Positions 17,719 through 28,793 of a stretch of 64,000 bases of DNA are shown in pieces. A program made the position numbers and the translations under genes. Below the pieces are notes generated by a model, which was given only the letters and a program-made list of their open reading frames with translations, had not been told where the DNA came from and made no database searches. This stretch comes from an uncultured Erysipelotrichaceae bacterium (GTDB taxonomy: Bacteria > Bacillota_I > Bacilli_A > Erysipelotrichales > Coprobacillaceae). Numbering within the stretch: the first letter of the stretch is position 1; the number at the start of each line of letters is the position of its first letter. The stretch spans positions 8,024 to 72,023 of the forward strand of contig CATZMX010000001.1 in the NCBI GenBank assembly GCA_958421935.1, read 5' to 3'.

Positions 17719-18588
17719 ATGGAATATCAAACATTAAATAATGGGTTAAAAATCCCAACAATAGGATTTGGTGTCTTTAGAGTACCAGATAAAAAAGAAT
17801 GTGAAGAATCAGTTTATCAAGCAATTAAAGCAGGCTATCGTTTAATTGATACAGCTGCTTCTTATACCAATGAAGATGCTGTAGGAGCAGGTGTTAAAAG
17901 AGCAATTGATGAAGGTATTTGTACAAGAGAAGATTTATTTATTACTTCTAAAATGTGGGTTCAAGATATGCAAAACTATGAAACTGCTAAAAAAGCAATT
18001 GATGCATCTATTGAAAAAAGTGGTTTAGGATATTTAGATTTATATTTATTACATCAAGCGATGGGAGATTATTTCAGTGCTTGGAGAGCCATGGAAGATG
18101 CTTATAAAGAAGGTAAGTTAAAAGCCATTGGTGTTTCTAACTTTTATGCACATGTTCTTGTCAATTTTGTTCATACAGTAGAAATTAAACCGATGGTCAA
18201 TCAAGTAGAACTCCATCCATATTACACACAAGAAAAAGCAATTGAAACAATGAAAAAATTAGATGTTATTCCAGAAGCATGGGCACCATTAGGTGGAGGA
18301 AGATATAATCCATTTGAAGATGAAATGTTAAAAGGAATTGCAGCTAAATATAATAAGTCTGTAGGACAAGTGATTTTAAGATGGAATGTACAAAGAGGAG
18401 TTGTTGTTATACCAAAATCAACACATGTAGAAAGAATAAAAGAAAATATAGATATCTTTGATTTTGAATTAAATGAAGAAGAAATGAAACAAATTTCATC
18501 ATTAGATATGGGATATTCAGGATCAAGAGCTAAACATTTTGACACTGAATTTGTGGAAATGTGCTTGGCTAAAAAAATTCATGATTAA
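17719..18588 (+). CDS. Aldo/keto reductase (2,5-diketo-D-gluconate reductase / YvgN-like)
   Basis: AKR signature GFGVFRV...GYRLIDTAASYTNE...LYLLHQ...IPKSTHVERIKENIDIF. Confidence 0.85.
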   Translation: MEYQTLNNGLKIPTIGFGVFRVPDKKECEESVYQAIKAGYRLIDTAASYTNEDAVGAGVKRAIDEGICTREDLFITSKMWVQDMQNYETAKKAIDASIEKSGLGYLDLYLLHQAMGDYFSAWRAMEDAYKEGKLKAIGVSNFYAHVLVNFVHTVEIKPMVNQVELHPYYTQEKAIETMKKLDVIPEAWAPLGGGRYNPFEDEMLKGIAAKYNKSVGQVILRWNVQRGVVVIPKSTHVERIKENIDIFDFELNEEEMKQISSLDMGYSGSRAKHFDTEFVEMCLAKKIHD

Positions 18589-18616
18589 TAGTAGCGTGAT
18601 TATTTTCAATTAATGA

Positions 18617-20145
<1,529 letters not shown>

Positions 20146-20146
<1 letters not shown>

Positions 20147-20171
20147 AGATTCTTTGAATCTCTTTTTCTTT
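20146..20171 (+). terminator. Rho-independent terminator
   Basis: agagattc-tttg-aatctct hairpin followed by T5. Confidence 0.7.
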
Positions 20172-20222
20172 ATATAAAGTGACAGATAAGCAATAAAGTT
20201 GTATGATAATCACGGTGATGAA

Positions 20223-20789
20223 ATGAAAAGAGAAAAGACAAAACAAATTGTAACAGGAGCTTTTATGGCAGCACTTTTTGGAGTGTTATCGGTTGTGAAT
20301 GTTTATACAGGAACGATGTTTGATATTATTTTTATTTATCTGATGACAGTTGCATTAGCTTATTATACGTTTAAGTTTAATGAAAAGATGGCTGTTCTTG
20401 TTCTGTTTACAAGTACGTTTATTTTATTTTTAACAGGTGAATTATTTTTTACTTTGTATTCTTTCTTTACTTTACCATTAGGTATTTTATATATTTATTG
20501 TTTGAAAAGGGATATTGATGGTAAATGGATTTTAAGAATATATAGTATGTTGAAGAATTTTGTTGTTTTATTTTTATTAAATTCTTTATTAGGTTTAAAT
20601 ACTTTTACAGATGCTAAAGATATTTATTATAGTATTGTAAGTATTCTTCCTTTTTTAGAAAGTGATTTTTTAAAGAATGGAATGTTTATTATTTTATGGA
20701 TTGTTTTATCATTTTCGGAGGTTTATATTATTAAGGTTTATACGAATCTATTTATCTTAAGAATGAATAAAAATAAGATGATGAAATAA
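20223..20789 (+). CDS. YybS-like membrane protein (DUF2232)
   Basis: Polytopic membrane protein immediately upstream of gdpP, as in the B. subtilis yybS-yybT arrangement. Start chosen at MKREKTKQ after a GGTGATG RBS. Confidence 0.55.
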   Translation: MKREKTKQIVTGAFMAALFGVLSVVNVYTGTMFDIIFIYLMTVALAYYTFKFNEKMAVLVLFTSTFILFLTGELFFTLYSFFTLPLGILYIYCLKRDIDGKWILRIYSMLKNFVVLFLLNSLLGLNTFTDAKDIYYSIVSILPFLESDFLKNGMFIILWIVLSFSEVYIIKVYTNLFILRMNKNKMMK

Positions 20790-20833
20790 ATGAATTCATG
20801 TATAATATAAGGTAATAAAGAGGAGGGTATTTC

Positions 20834-22789
20834 ATGATTAAGAAGCTGATGCAACTTAGAAATACAATAGTTGCTTTATTAGGAGTAGAATATGTATTAG
20901 CTTTATTAACTTATATGTTTTTACAAAATCGTATTACATTATCATTAATGATTTATATTTTGATTAAAAATGTAGTATGTATTATTGTTTTATATTATCT
21001 CCATAATATGTTCAATGAAATGACTTATAGTGTTAAAGAAGCACTCAATGATGAAACAAAGAATGCTTTGATTTTTGGTGGAATAGGTCTTATTAAATAT
21101 GATGAAAATAGAAATGTTGTATGGGTCAGTGATTTATTGCATGAACTTGGTATAAAAATTGTTGGTAAAAAATTGCTTGAATGGCAACCCTTACTAGCAA
21201 CACTTTTTGAAGATGAAGATGTTAGAACAATTGATATTAATTCTAGAAGATATGAAGTATATAATTCTAGAAATAATCGTTTGCTATTTTTAAAAGATGT
21301 AACAGATTTAACAACGATTGAAAAAGAATATAATGATCAACAACTTTGTGTTGCCTATTTAACAATTGATAATTATGATGATTCTATTGAATATGCTGAT
21401 GAACAAAAATCAGTAATGATTGAAACTATTTCTAGACAAATGATTTTTGATTGGGCTAAAGATAATGGGATTATTTTAAAAAGATATAAAGAAGATGGGT
21501 ATTTAGCTATCTTTAATGAAAGAATTTATCGTAAACAAGTAGAAGTTCGTTTTTGTATTTTAGATGAATTTAAACAAAAAATGGAATCAATTGGAGCGGT
21601 CATGTCTTTATCAATGGGAATTGGTAGAGGATCTAAAGTTTTACGTGAATTAGATGAACTTGCATTTAGTGCTATTTCTTTATCTTATTCACGTGGTGGA
21701 GATCAAGTAGCGGTTAAAACATTAGATGAAGAAATTCGTTATTTTGGTGGAAACAGTGAAAATAGCGAAAAAGCTAATCGTGTAAGAGCACGTGTTATTT
21801 CACAAACACTAGCAAGTTTAGTAAAACAAAGTAAAAATATCCTTATTATGGGACATAAACAATCTGATTTAGATTCTTTTGGAGCAAGTTTGGCTGTCGC
21901 AAAATTTGTTAAAGCATTTGAAAAAGATGCTTATGTGATTGTTGATGAAAATTCTTTAGAAGAAAAAACAGGAAATATTGCACGTCGTTTAATGGCGGAA
22001 GATTTATACAAAGGAAGAATTATTTCGCCAATGAAAGCAATCGACCTTATTGACAGTGATACATTACTTATTTGTGTAGATAATCATAAGCCAACACTTG
22101 CTATTAGTGAAGAGGTTTTAGATAAAGCAGAGAAAATTGTTGTTATTGATCATCATCGTCGAGGGGAAGACTTTGTTGATTCGCCAATCTTAACTTACTT
22201 GGAACCTGCGGCTTCTTCGACTGTAGAATTAGTTGTAGAATTATTTGAATACCAAAGAGTAGAAATAGAAGTTTTACCAACAGAAGCAACGATTATGTAT
22301 GCAGGGATGTTGGTGGATACAAATTATTTTAGAAATCATGTTGGTTCACGTACTTTCCAAATTGCATCTAAGCTTAAAGAAAAACAAGCAAATGTCGCAA
22401 AAGCATATGAATTTTTACAAGATGATTATAAAACAACACAAGAAAAAATGTCTATTTCTGCTAATGCTTATCGTTTTGGAAATGATATACTAATAGCGTA
22501 TGGAAATGAAGAAGAGATTTATACAAGACCTCTACTAGCGAAAGTTGGTAATGAGTTATTAAATATTGCTGAGATAAAAGCGGTATTTGTTGTTGGACGC
22601 GTAGATAAGGATAAAATTGCTATTTCTGCTCGTTCTAAAACAGAGGTTAATGTACAGTTGATTATGGAAAAACTTGGTGGTGGTGGCCATTTTTCAATGG
22701 CAGCATGTCAAGTTGAAGAAGAAACTGTTAAGAAAGCGATTGATAGATTAGAAGAAGCTATTGATCAATATTTGGATGAAAGAGGGTAA
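20834..22789 (+). CDS. gdpP: Cyclic-di-AMP phosphodiesterase GdpP (2 TM, PAS-like, degenerate GGDEF, DHH/DHHA1)
   Basis: Two N-terminal TM helices. DHH motifs ILIMGHKQSDLDSFGASL and VVIDHHRRGE. DHHA1 motif GGGGHFSMAACQ. Followed by rplI and dnaB, as in Bacillus. Confidence 0.85.
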   Translation: MIKKLMQLRNTIVALLGVEYVLALLTYMFLQNRITLSLMIYILIKNVVCIIVLYYLHNMFNEMTYSVKEALNDETKNALIFGGIGLIKYDENRNVVWVSDLLHELGIKIVGKKLLEWQPLLATLFEDEDVRTIDINSRRYEVYNSRNNRLLFLKDVTDLTTIEKEYNDQQLCVAYLTIDNYDDSIEYADEQKSVMIETISRQMIFDWAKDNGIILKRYKEDGYLAIFNERIYRKQVEVRFCILDEFKQKMESIGAVMSLSMGIGRGSKVLRELDELAFSAISLSYSRGGDQVAVKTLDEEIRYFGGNSENSEKANRVRARVISQTLASLVKQSKNILIMGHKQSDLDSFGASLAVAKFVKAFEKDAYVIVDENSLEEKTGNIARRLMAEDLYKGRIISPMKAIDLIDSDTLLICVDNHKPTLAISEEVLDKAEKIVVIDHHRRGEDFVDSPILTYLEPAASSTVELVVELFEYQRVEIEVLPTEATIMYAGMLVDTNYFRNHVGSRTFQIASKLKEKQANVAKAYEFLQDDYKTTQEKMSISANAYRFGNDILIAYGNEEEIYTRPLLAKVGNELLNIAEIKAVFVVGRVDKDKIAISARSKTEVNVQLIMEKLGGGGHFSMAACQVEEETVKKAIDRLEEAIDQYLDERG

Positions 22790-22794
22790 AAAAG

Positions 22795-23241
22795 ATGAAA
22801 GTAGTTTTATTAGAAGATGTTAGAAAAGTAGGTAAAAAAGGTGATGTTGTCAATGTATCTGATGGATATGGACAAAACTTTTTAATTAAAAATAAATTAG
22901 CTGTTAAAGAAACAGCAGGTGCTAAAAAGATTTTAGAACAACAAAAAGAAGAAGCAAGATTACAAGATATTGAAAATAAGAAAAATGCAGAGACATTAAA
23001 AGAAAAAATTGAAGGTATTACTTTAGAATTTGTTTTAAAATCTGGTAAAGATGGTAAAACATTTGGAAGTGTTTCAACAAAACATATTGTTGAACAATTA
23101 AGAGAAAAATATGATATTAGAGTAGATAAAAGAAAATTTATCAATGCTCATCCAATTGGAGCATTAGGATATTCAAATTTAAAAGTTGAGCTATATAAAG
23201 GAGTTATCGCTACTATTAGAGTTCACTTATCAGAAAAATAG
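22795..23241 (+). CDS. rplI: 50S ribosomal protein L9
   Basis: MKVVLLEDVRKVGKKGDVVNVSDGYGQNFLIKNKLA is the canonical L9 N-terminus. Confidence 0.9.
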   Translation: MKVVLLEDVRKVGKKGDVVNVSDGYGQNFLIKNKLAVKETAGAKKILEQQKEEARLQDIENKKNAETLKEKIEGITLEFVLKSGKDGKTFGSVSTKHIVEQLREKYDIRVDKRKFINAHPIGALGYSNLKVELYKGVIATIRVHLSEK

Positions 23242-23252
23242 GAGGAAGATTT

Positions 23253-24626
23253 ATGCCTAGAGTTTTCCCACATGATTTAGAAGCAGAACGCTCGTTATTA
23301 GGTTCAATGCTTATTTCAAAAGAAGCTTGCCAAGATATTTTAAATAAGTGTGAAGATAGAGATTTTTATGAAGAATCACATAAAGTATTATTCAATGCAA
23401 TGAGTGAACTCTCAAGACAAAATATTCCTGTTGATGTAACAACCATTACTTCTTATTTATTAGATCATAGTCAATTAGATAAAGTTGGTGGTGTAGAATA
23501 CTTAAGACAATTAAGTGATTCAGTTCCAACTTTAGCACATAGTGAATATTATTTAAAAATTATTCATAACAAATCGATTTTAAGAAAGATCATCAATGAA
23601 ACAACAAAAATAGCAGAAAATGCTTTTGGAGATATTGAAGATATTGATGGTTTTATTGATGAAAGTGAAAAAACAATGTTGGCCATTACGAGAGATCGTA
23701 ATGCAGGAGAATTCGTTGACGTTAAAAAAGTCATTAGAGAAGTGACAGATCGTTTAAATAAGTTACAAAGTATTGATGGTAATATTTCGGGTATTCGTAC
23801 AAATTTTAGAGATTTAGATAAAATAACATCTGGACTCCAAAAAGGAGATTTGATTATTTTAGCTGCACGTCCCGCAATGGGGAAAACAGCCTTTGCTTTA
23901 AATATTGCACATAATGTAGCTTTTAAATCAGAAGATCCTGTAGCTATCTTTTCGTTAGAAATGCCTGCAAGTCAATTAGTACAAAGAATTATTTGTTCAA
24001 TGGGTGGAATAGAAGGTTCTACAATGAGAACAGGTGAAATCTTAAAAACAAATGCGAATAAATACTATGCAGCTGCTGAAAGAGTCAGTAAATGCAATTT
24101 ATATATAGATGATACCCCTGGTATTAAAATTAATGAAATTGTTGCAAAATGTCGAAAGTTAAAACAAGAACATGGGTTAAAGTTAATTGTTATTGACTAT
24201 CTTCAATTGATTACTGGAAGTTCTAATAATCGAGAATCAAGACAACAAGAAGTTTCAGATATATCTAGACAATTAAAAATGTTAGCCAGAGAATTAGATG
24301 TTCCTGTTATTGCTTTGTCACAGTTATCACGTTCGGTTGAACAAAGACCAAATAAACGTCCAATGATGTCTGACTTGCGTGAATCAGGAGCTATCGAACA
24401 AGATGCCGATATCGTTACTTTTATTTATCGAGAAGGATATTATAAAGCAAGTGAAGGTAAAGAAGAGGAAGATAATGGTTTAACAGAAATTATTATCGCT
24501 AAACATAGAAATGGAGCAACAGGTGAAGTTAACCTTGCTTTTGAAAAGAATTTTAGTAGATTTACAGATTTAGCACCTATTGGCCCTGATGGAAGTAGTG
24601 CGGGTGTAAGAGATGTAAGAGGTTAG
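23253..24626 (+). CDS. dnaB: Replicative DNA helicase (DnaB family; called DnaC in B. subtilis)
   Basis: N-terminal DnaB domain (PHDLEAERSLLGSML). Walker A GARPAMGKTAF. The RecA-like C-terminus is present. Confidence 0.9.
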   Translation: MPRVFPHDLEAERSLLGSMLISKEACQDILNKCEDRDFYEESHKVLFNAMSELSRQNIPVDVTTITSYLLDHSQLDKVGGVEYLRQLSDSVPTLAHSEYYLKIIHNKSILRKIINETTKIAENAFGDIEDIDGFIDESEKTMLAITRDRNAGEFVDVKKVIREVTDRLNKLQSIDGNISGIRTNFRDLDKITSGLQKGDLIILAARPAMGKTAFALNIAHNVAFKSEDPVAIFSLEMPASQLVQRIICSMGGIEGSTMRTGEILKTNANKYYAAAERVSKCNLYIDDTPGIKINEIVAKCRKLKQEHGLKLIVIDYLQLITGSSNNRESRQQEVSDISRQLKMLARELDVPVIALSQLSRSVEQRPNKRPMMSDLRESGAIEQDADIVTFIYREGYYKASEGKEEEDNGLTEIIIAKHRNGATGEVNLAFEKNFSRFTDLAPIGPDGSSAGVRDVRG

Positions 24627-24637
24627 GAGAAGAAAGA

Positions 24638-25252
24638 ATGTATCACCAATATCGAGAAGGATATATAGAAGTTATATGTGGATGTATGTTTGCAGGAAAA
24701 ACAGAAGAATTGATTAGACGAATCAATGTTTTATCTTATGCGAAACAAAAAATATTAGTATTTAAACCTAAAATAGATGATCGCTATTCAGAAATAGAAA
24801 TTGCATCACATTCAGGAAGAAAAGTTCCTTGTTTTGCAATTGATGATCCAGAAGAAATCTTAGATAAAGTGACAGATGATGTACAGGTTGTCGCTATTGA
24901 TCAAGTTCAATTTTTTAATTCAAAGATCGTAGATGTTTGTGAATATCTTGCTGATAAAGGCGTTCGTGTCATGGTTGCAGGTTTAGATAAAGACTTTAGA
25001 GGTGAAGCATTTGGTGTAATGCCTGAACTTCTTACAAAAGGAGAATTTGTGACAAAGCTTACAGCTGTTTGCGCAAAATGCGGCTCACCGGCTACACGTA
25101 CACAAAGACTTGTAGATGGTAAACCAGCATCTTTTGATGATCCTGTTGTTTTAGTAGGAGCAGTTGATCATTATGAACCAAGATGCAGACATTGTCATGA
25201 AGTTGTCAACAAACCTATAAAAATTAAAAGAAGAACTAAAAGTTCACAATAA
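24638..25252 (+). CDS. tdk: Thymidine kinase
   Basis: P-loop CGCMFAGKTEEL and a C-terminal Zn-ribbon (CAKCG...CRHCH). Confidence 0.85.
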   Translation: MYHQYREGYIEVICGCMFAGKTEELIRRINVLSYAKQKILVFKPKIDDRYSEIEIASHSGRKVPCFAIDDPEEILDKVTDDVQVVAIDQVQFFNSKIVDVCEYLADKGVRVMVAGLDKDFRGEAFGVMPELLTKGEFVTKLTAVCAKCGSPATRTQRLVDGKPASFDDPVVLVGAVDHYEPRCRHCHEVVNKPIKIKRRTKSSQ

Positions 25253-25317
25253 ATTAACATAGATTCATTATTATAAGGGTGTAAAAGAAAACCTCCCCTT
25301 AATATAAACAAAGAAAA

Positions 25318-25350
25318 GGCACATGTTGAGATAACATGTGTTCTTTTTTA
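25318..25350 (+). terminator. Rho-independent terminator after tdk
   Basis: cacatgtt-gagataa-catgtg hairpin followed by ttcttttttat. Confidence 0.75.
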
Positions 25351-25448
25351 TATCATCTAATAAATAATTATCAATATGATAAAAAATAATTGATTTATAC
25401 ACTTAAATAGTGTACTATTCTAATAACTACTAGAGGGGAAGTGGTAAT

Positions 25449-26363
25449 TTGAAAATAATATCTTTACAACTAGAGATATTCATCATCATTATTATAGGAT
25501 ACATATTTGCTAGAAAGGGGATTATTACTAAAGAAGTTAGAAAAAAATTAACAGACATTGTTATTGATCTTATATTACCGTGTGCCATTATTAAATCATT
25601 TATGATGAAATTAACACCAGAAATCATAAGAGATACAGTTGTTATTTTTATTGTTTCTTTTATTATTCAACTTTCTTATAGTGTATTTAATCGTATTTTT
25701 TATAATCGTTTTGATGATTCAAAAGCAATCATTCTAAAATACGCGACCATTGTTTCTAATGCAGGATTTATGGGATTACCGATTGTTGAAAGTATTTATG
25801 GGCAAACTGGTTTATTATATGCTTCAATTGCTTTAATTCCACAAAGAATTTTTATGTGGAGTGCTGGACTTTCGTTATTTACGCAAACAGATTCTAAAAG
25901 TATGATCAAAAAAGTTGCACTTCATCCATGTATTATTGCTGTTTATATTGGTATTGCTTTAATGATTATAGAAAGTATAGGAATTATTTTACCAACTTTT
26001 ATGTTAAATACGATCAATGCAATAGGAGGATGTACAACAGCTTTAAGTATGTTGATTATAGGAGCTATTTTAAATGATGTGAAATGGTCTGAACTTGTAG
26101 AAAAATCAAGTTTATATTATTCAAGTATACGCTTGTTAATTATTCCTATTACTATTTTTATATGTTTATCTTTATGTCAGATGAACTCTTTAGTAATTGG
26201 AGTATCTGTACTTTTAGCTGCTATGCCTGCTGGAAGTACAGCAGCGATGTTAGCACAAAAATATAATCAAGATGTGATATATGCTTCTAAAATCATTGTT
26301 GTTTCAACAATATTGTCTTTAGTAACATTGCCAATGATTTCTATTTTAGTAAAAGGGGGATGA
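25449..26363 (+). CDS. AEC-family (auxin efflux carrier / malate permease-like) transporter
   Basis: 304 aa with 10 TM segments. N-terminus LEIFIIIIIGYIFARKGIITKE is typical of PF03547 proteins. Confidence 0.65.
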   Translation: MKIISLQLEIFIIIIIGYIFARKGIITKEVRKKLTDIVIDLILPCAIIKSFMMKLTPEIIRDTVVIFIVSFIIQLSYSVFNRIFYNRFDDSKAIILKYATIVSNAGFMGLPIVESIYGQTGLLYASIALIPQRIFMWSAGLSLFTQTDSKSMIKKVALHPCIIAVYIGIALMIIESIGIILPTFMLNTINAIGGCTTALSMLIIGAILNDVKWSELVEKSSLYYSSIRLLIIPITIFICLSLCQMNSLVIGVSVLLAAMPAGSTAAMLAQKYNQDVIYASKIIVVSTILSLVTLPMISILVKGG

Positions 26364-26367
26364 TGAT

Positions 26368-27297
26368 ATGGAAATTGCGGTAACAGCTAGAAATTATAAT
26401 TCAAAAAGTGTTAAATATATGGAAGATTTAGGGTATACAGTAAAGGTCTATGAAAATTGTACTTTAATGAGTGAAGATGAACTTTATGAATGTTTAAAAG
26501 ATGCAGATGGAGCTATTGTAAGCGTAGAAGCATATACAAAACATCTTTTACAGCGATTGCCTAATTTAAAGGTTATTTCTAGAAGAGGTATAGGATATGA
26601 TGCAATCGATGTAGAAGCATGCAAAGAATTAGGAATTGCTTTTACAAGAACTTTAGGGGCAGTTGAAGCGCCTGTTGCTGAACAGGTTTTAGCTTATATG
26701 TTATATTTTGCTAGAAGAGTAGATTTACAAAGTCAAATATTAAAATCAGGAATATGGAATCGATCATTGAAATTAGGACTTAAAGGAAATACATTAGGGC
26801 TTATTGGTTTTGGTGGTATTGGAAAAGAAATTGCTAAAAGAGCTCTTTCTTTTGGAATGCGTGTCATTGCTACAAGTCATCATGATGCTATTGGTACTAT
26901 TGTAGAAGGAGTCGAAATCTTAAGTGAAGATGAAGTTTTAGCACAAAGTGATTTTGTCAGCATTAATGTTCCTCTTCGAGAAGATACTTTTCATTATGCT
27001 GATAAAAACTTTTTTAAGAGAATGAAAAAGGGCGCTTATTTTATCAATATTGCAAGAGGAAAAGTGATGGATGTTGATGCTTTAGTAGAAGCCTTAAATA
27101 CAGAACATTTAGCAGGATGTGCAGTTGATGTTTTTGATCAGGAACCTTGTTTAGATTCACCTTTAGCTAAATTTGGAGATCAAGTTTTAATTACACCGCA
27201 CTCTTGTCCAATGACTTATCATGATCAGTATAATATGGATCAAATGGCAGCTGAAAATACAGTTGAAGTTTTGGATTTAATAAGAGGTAAAAAATAA
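26368..27297 (+). CDS. D-isomer-specific 2-hydroxyacid dehydrogenase (NAD-binding)
   Basis: Rossmann fold GLIGFGGIGKEIAKRA. Catalytic R/E/H region (NIARG...D, ITPH). Confidence 0.8.
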   Translation: MEIAVTARNYNSKSVKYMEDLGYTVKVYENCTLMSEDELYECLKDADGAIVSVEAYTKHLLQRLPNLKVISRRGIGYDAIDVEACKELGIAFTRTLGAVEAPVAEQVLAYMLYFARRVDLQSQILKSGIWNRSLKLGLKGNTLGLIGFGGIGKEIAKRALSFGMRVIATSHHDAIGTIVEGVEILSEDEVLAQSDFVSINVPLREDTFHYADKNFFKRMKKGAYFINIARGKVMDVDALVEALNTEHLAGCAVDVFDQEPCLDSPLAKFGDQVLITPHSCPMTYHDQYNMDQMAAENTVEVLDLIRGKK

Positions 27298-27330
27298 CAA
27301 ATAGAATTTTCTATTTGTTATTTTTTGTAT
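27298..27330. terminator. Terminator hairpin between convergent genes
   Basis: aacaaatagaa-ttt-tctatttgtt followed by attttttg. A second hairpin, agtgaaca...tgttcact (27343-27388), could serve the minus-strand gene. Confidence 0.6.
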
Positions 27331-27397
27331 ACTGCATAATAAAAGTGAACATTCTAAGTTGTTTGTTCAACTTATTCTGTTCACTTCATGATGTCCT

Positions 27398-28600
27398 TTA
27401 TTTACAAAACTGATAAGTTAATTCTCCTAATATTTTAATTCCTTTTTCTATTTCTTCTAAAGAAGGTAAAGAGAAATTCATACGAATACTTTGACAAGAT
27501 TTAGAAGAATCAACATGAAATTCATTACCTGGAACAATAGCAATATGTTTTTCTACTGCTGCTTCAACAAAATCTAACATATTGACATTATCTGGAAGAT
27601 CAAACCAAACAAACATACCACCTTCAGGTTCAACAAAAGAAATACGAGGATGAAAATATTTTTTCATCATTTTTAACATATAATGACATTTTTCACTATA
27701 CATATCTCTTAGTTTAGAAATATGTTCATCCATATCTACTGTTCTTAAGAAACCATCAATTGTATATTGTGATAAAGAGTTTGTATGATTATCATTTACC
27801 TGCTTAGCCATTTTAATTTTACTTATTAATTCTTTTTGTCCAACTAATAAACCTGCACGCATACCAGGAGAAATAATTTTAGAAAAACTACTTGTATAAA
27901 TAACCATGCCTTTTTCATCAAAAGATTTAATTGATGGTACATCATTTCCACTTGTTCTTAAATAACCATAAGGATTATCTTCTAAAATAACAACACTATA
28001 TTGACAAGCTAAATCATAAATAGCTTTTCTTTTTTCTAATGATGTTGTAATACCTGTTGGATTTTGAAAATTAGGAATAATATAAAAAAGTTTAGGTGTT
28101 GGTTTTGTTTGAAAGGCTTTTTCAAGTTCTTTTAAATTAACACCATCCTCTTCTAGAGGTACACCAATTAAACGAGCACCATTACATCTAAAACAGTTAA
28201 ATGCTCCTAAAAAACTAGGATCTTCTACAACAATCGTATCCCCTTCGTCTATAAATATTTTACTTGTTAAATCTAATCCTTGTTGAGATCCAGTTGTAAT
28301 TAAAATATCATCATTTTCTTTACAAATAGAATCATATTTATTTAAAAATTCTTTAGCAGATGCCATAAGACCTGGATAACCTTGGGCATCTCCATATTTT
28401 AAAATATCATCTGGATTTTTAGAAAAAACTTCATGTGCAATCGATACAAGTTGATCTTTAGGTATTGCATTGGGATCGGGAAATCCTCCTGCAAAACTAA
28501 TAGCATCACTATATTGACCATTTCCGTTTGCTCTTGCAAGTACTGCTCGAATTGCTGAAAACTTAACTTGGTCCATTTTATTAGCAAAATTATAATTCAT
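27398..28600 (-). CDS. PLP-dependent aminotransferase (class I/II fold)
   Basis: 400 aa. FSAIRAVLARANG...ISFAGGFPDP N-terminal region and the SFSKIISPGMRAG lysine motif. Confidence 0.75.
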   Translation of the reverse strand: MNYNFANKMDQVKFSAIRAVLARANGNGQYSDAISFAGGFPDPNAIPKDQLVSIAHEVFSKNPDDILKYGDAQGYPGLMASAKEFLNKYDSICKENDDILITTGSQQGLDLTSKIFIDEGDTIVVEDPSFLGAFNCFRCNGARLIGVPLEEDGVNLKELEKAFQTKPTPKLFYIIPNFQNPTGITTSLEKRKAIYDLACQYSVVILEDNPYGYLRTSGNDVPSIKSFDEKGMVIYTSSFSKIISPGMRAGLLVGQKELISKIKMAKQVNDNHTNSLSQYTIDGFLRTVDMDEHISKLRDMYSEKCHYMLKMMKKYFHPRISFVEPEGGMFVWFDLPDNVNMLDFVEAAVEKHIAIVPGNEFHVDSSKSCQSIRMNFSLPSLEEIEKGIKILGELTYQFCK

Positions 28601-28732
28601 TGAAATCCCCTCCTTGGGGTTATTTTAGCAGTTATAAAATATAAATCAATAAAAAATTATCAAATATAATAAATAAATATCACCATGATAATAATATAAT
28701 TAATAAATTATTATTAATATGATAAAAAAGTA

Positions 28733-28761
28733 TTGACTTTTGTTTCGTCCTCTTGTAGTAT
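28733..28761 (+). promoter_or_regulatory. Sigma-A-type promoter for the amino-acid ABC transporter operon
   Basis: TTGACT, a 17-nt spacer, then TAGTAT. Lies upstream of a GAGGGGGGA RBS. Confidence 0.5.
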
Positions 28762-28793
28762 GTAGACAACAACAAAGCGAGGGGGGATCCAAA

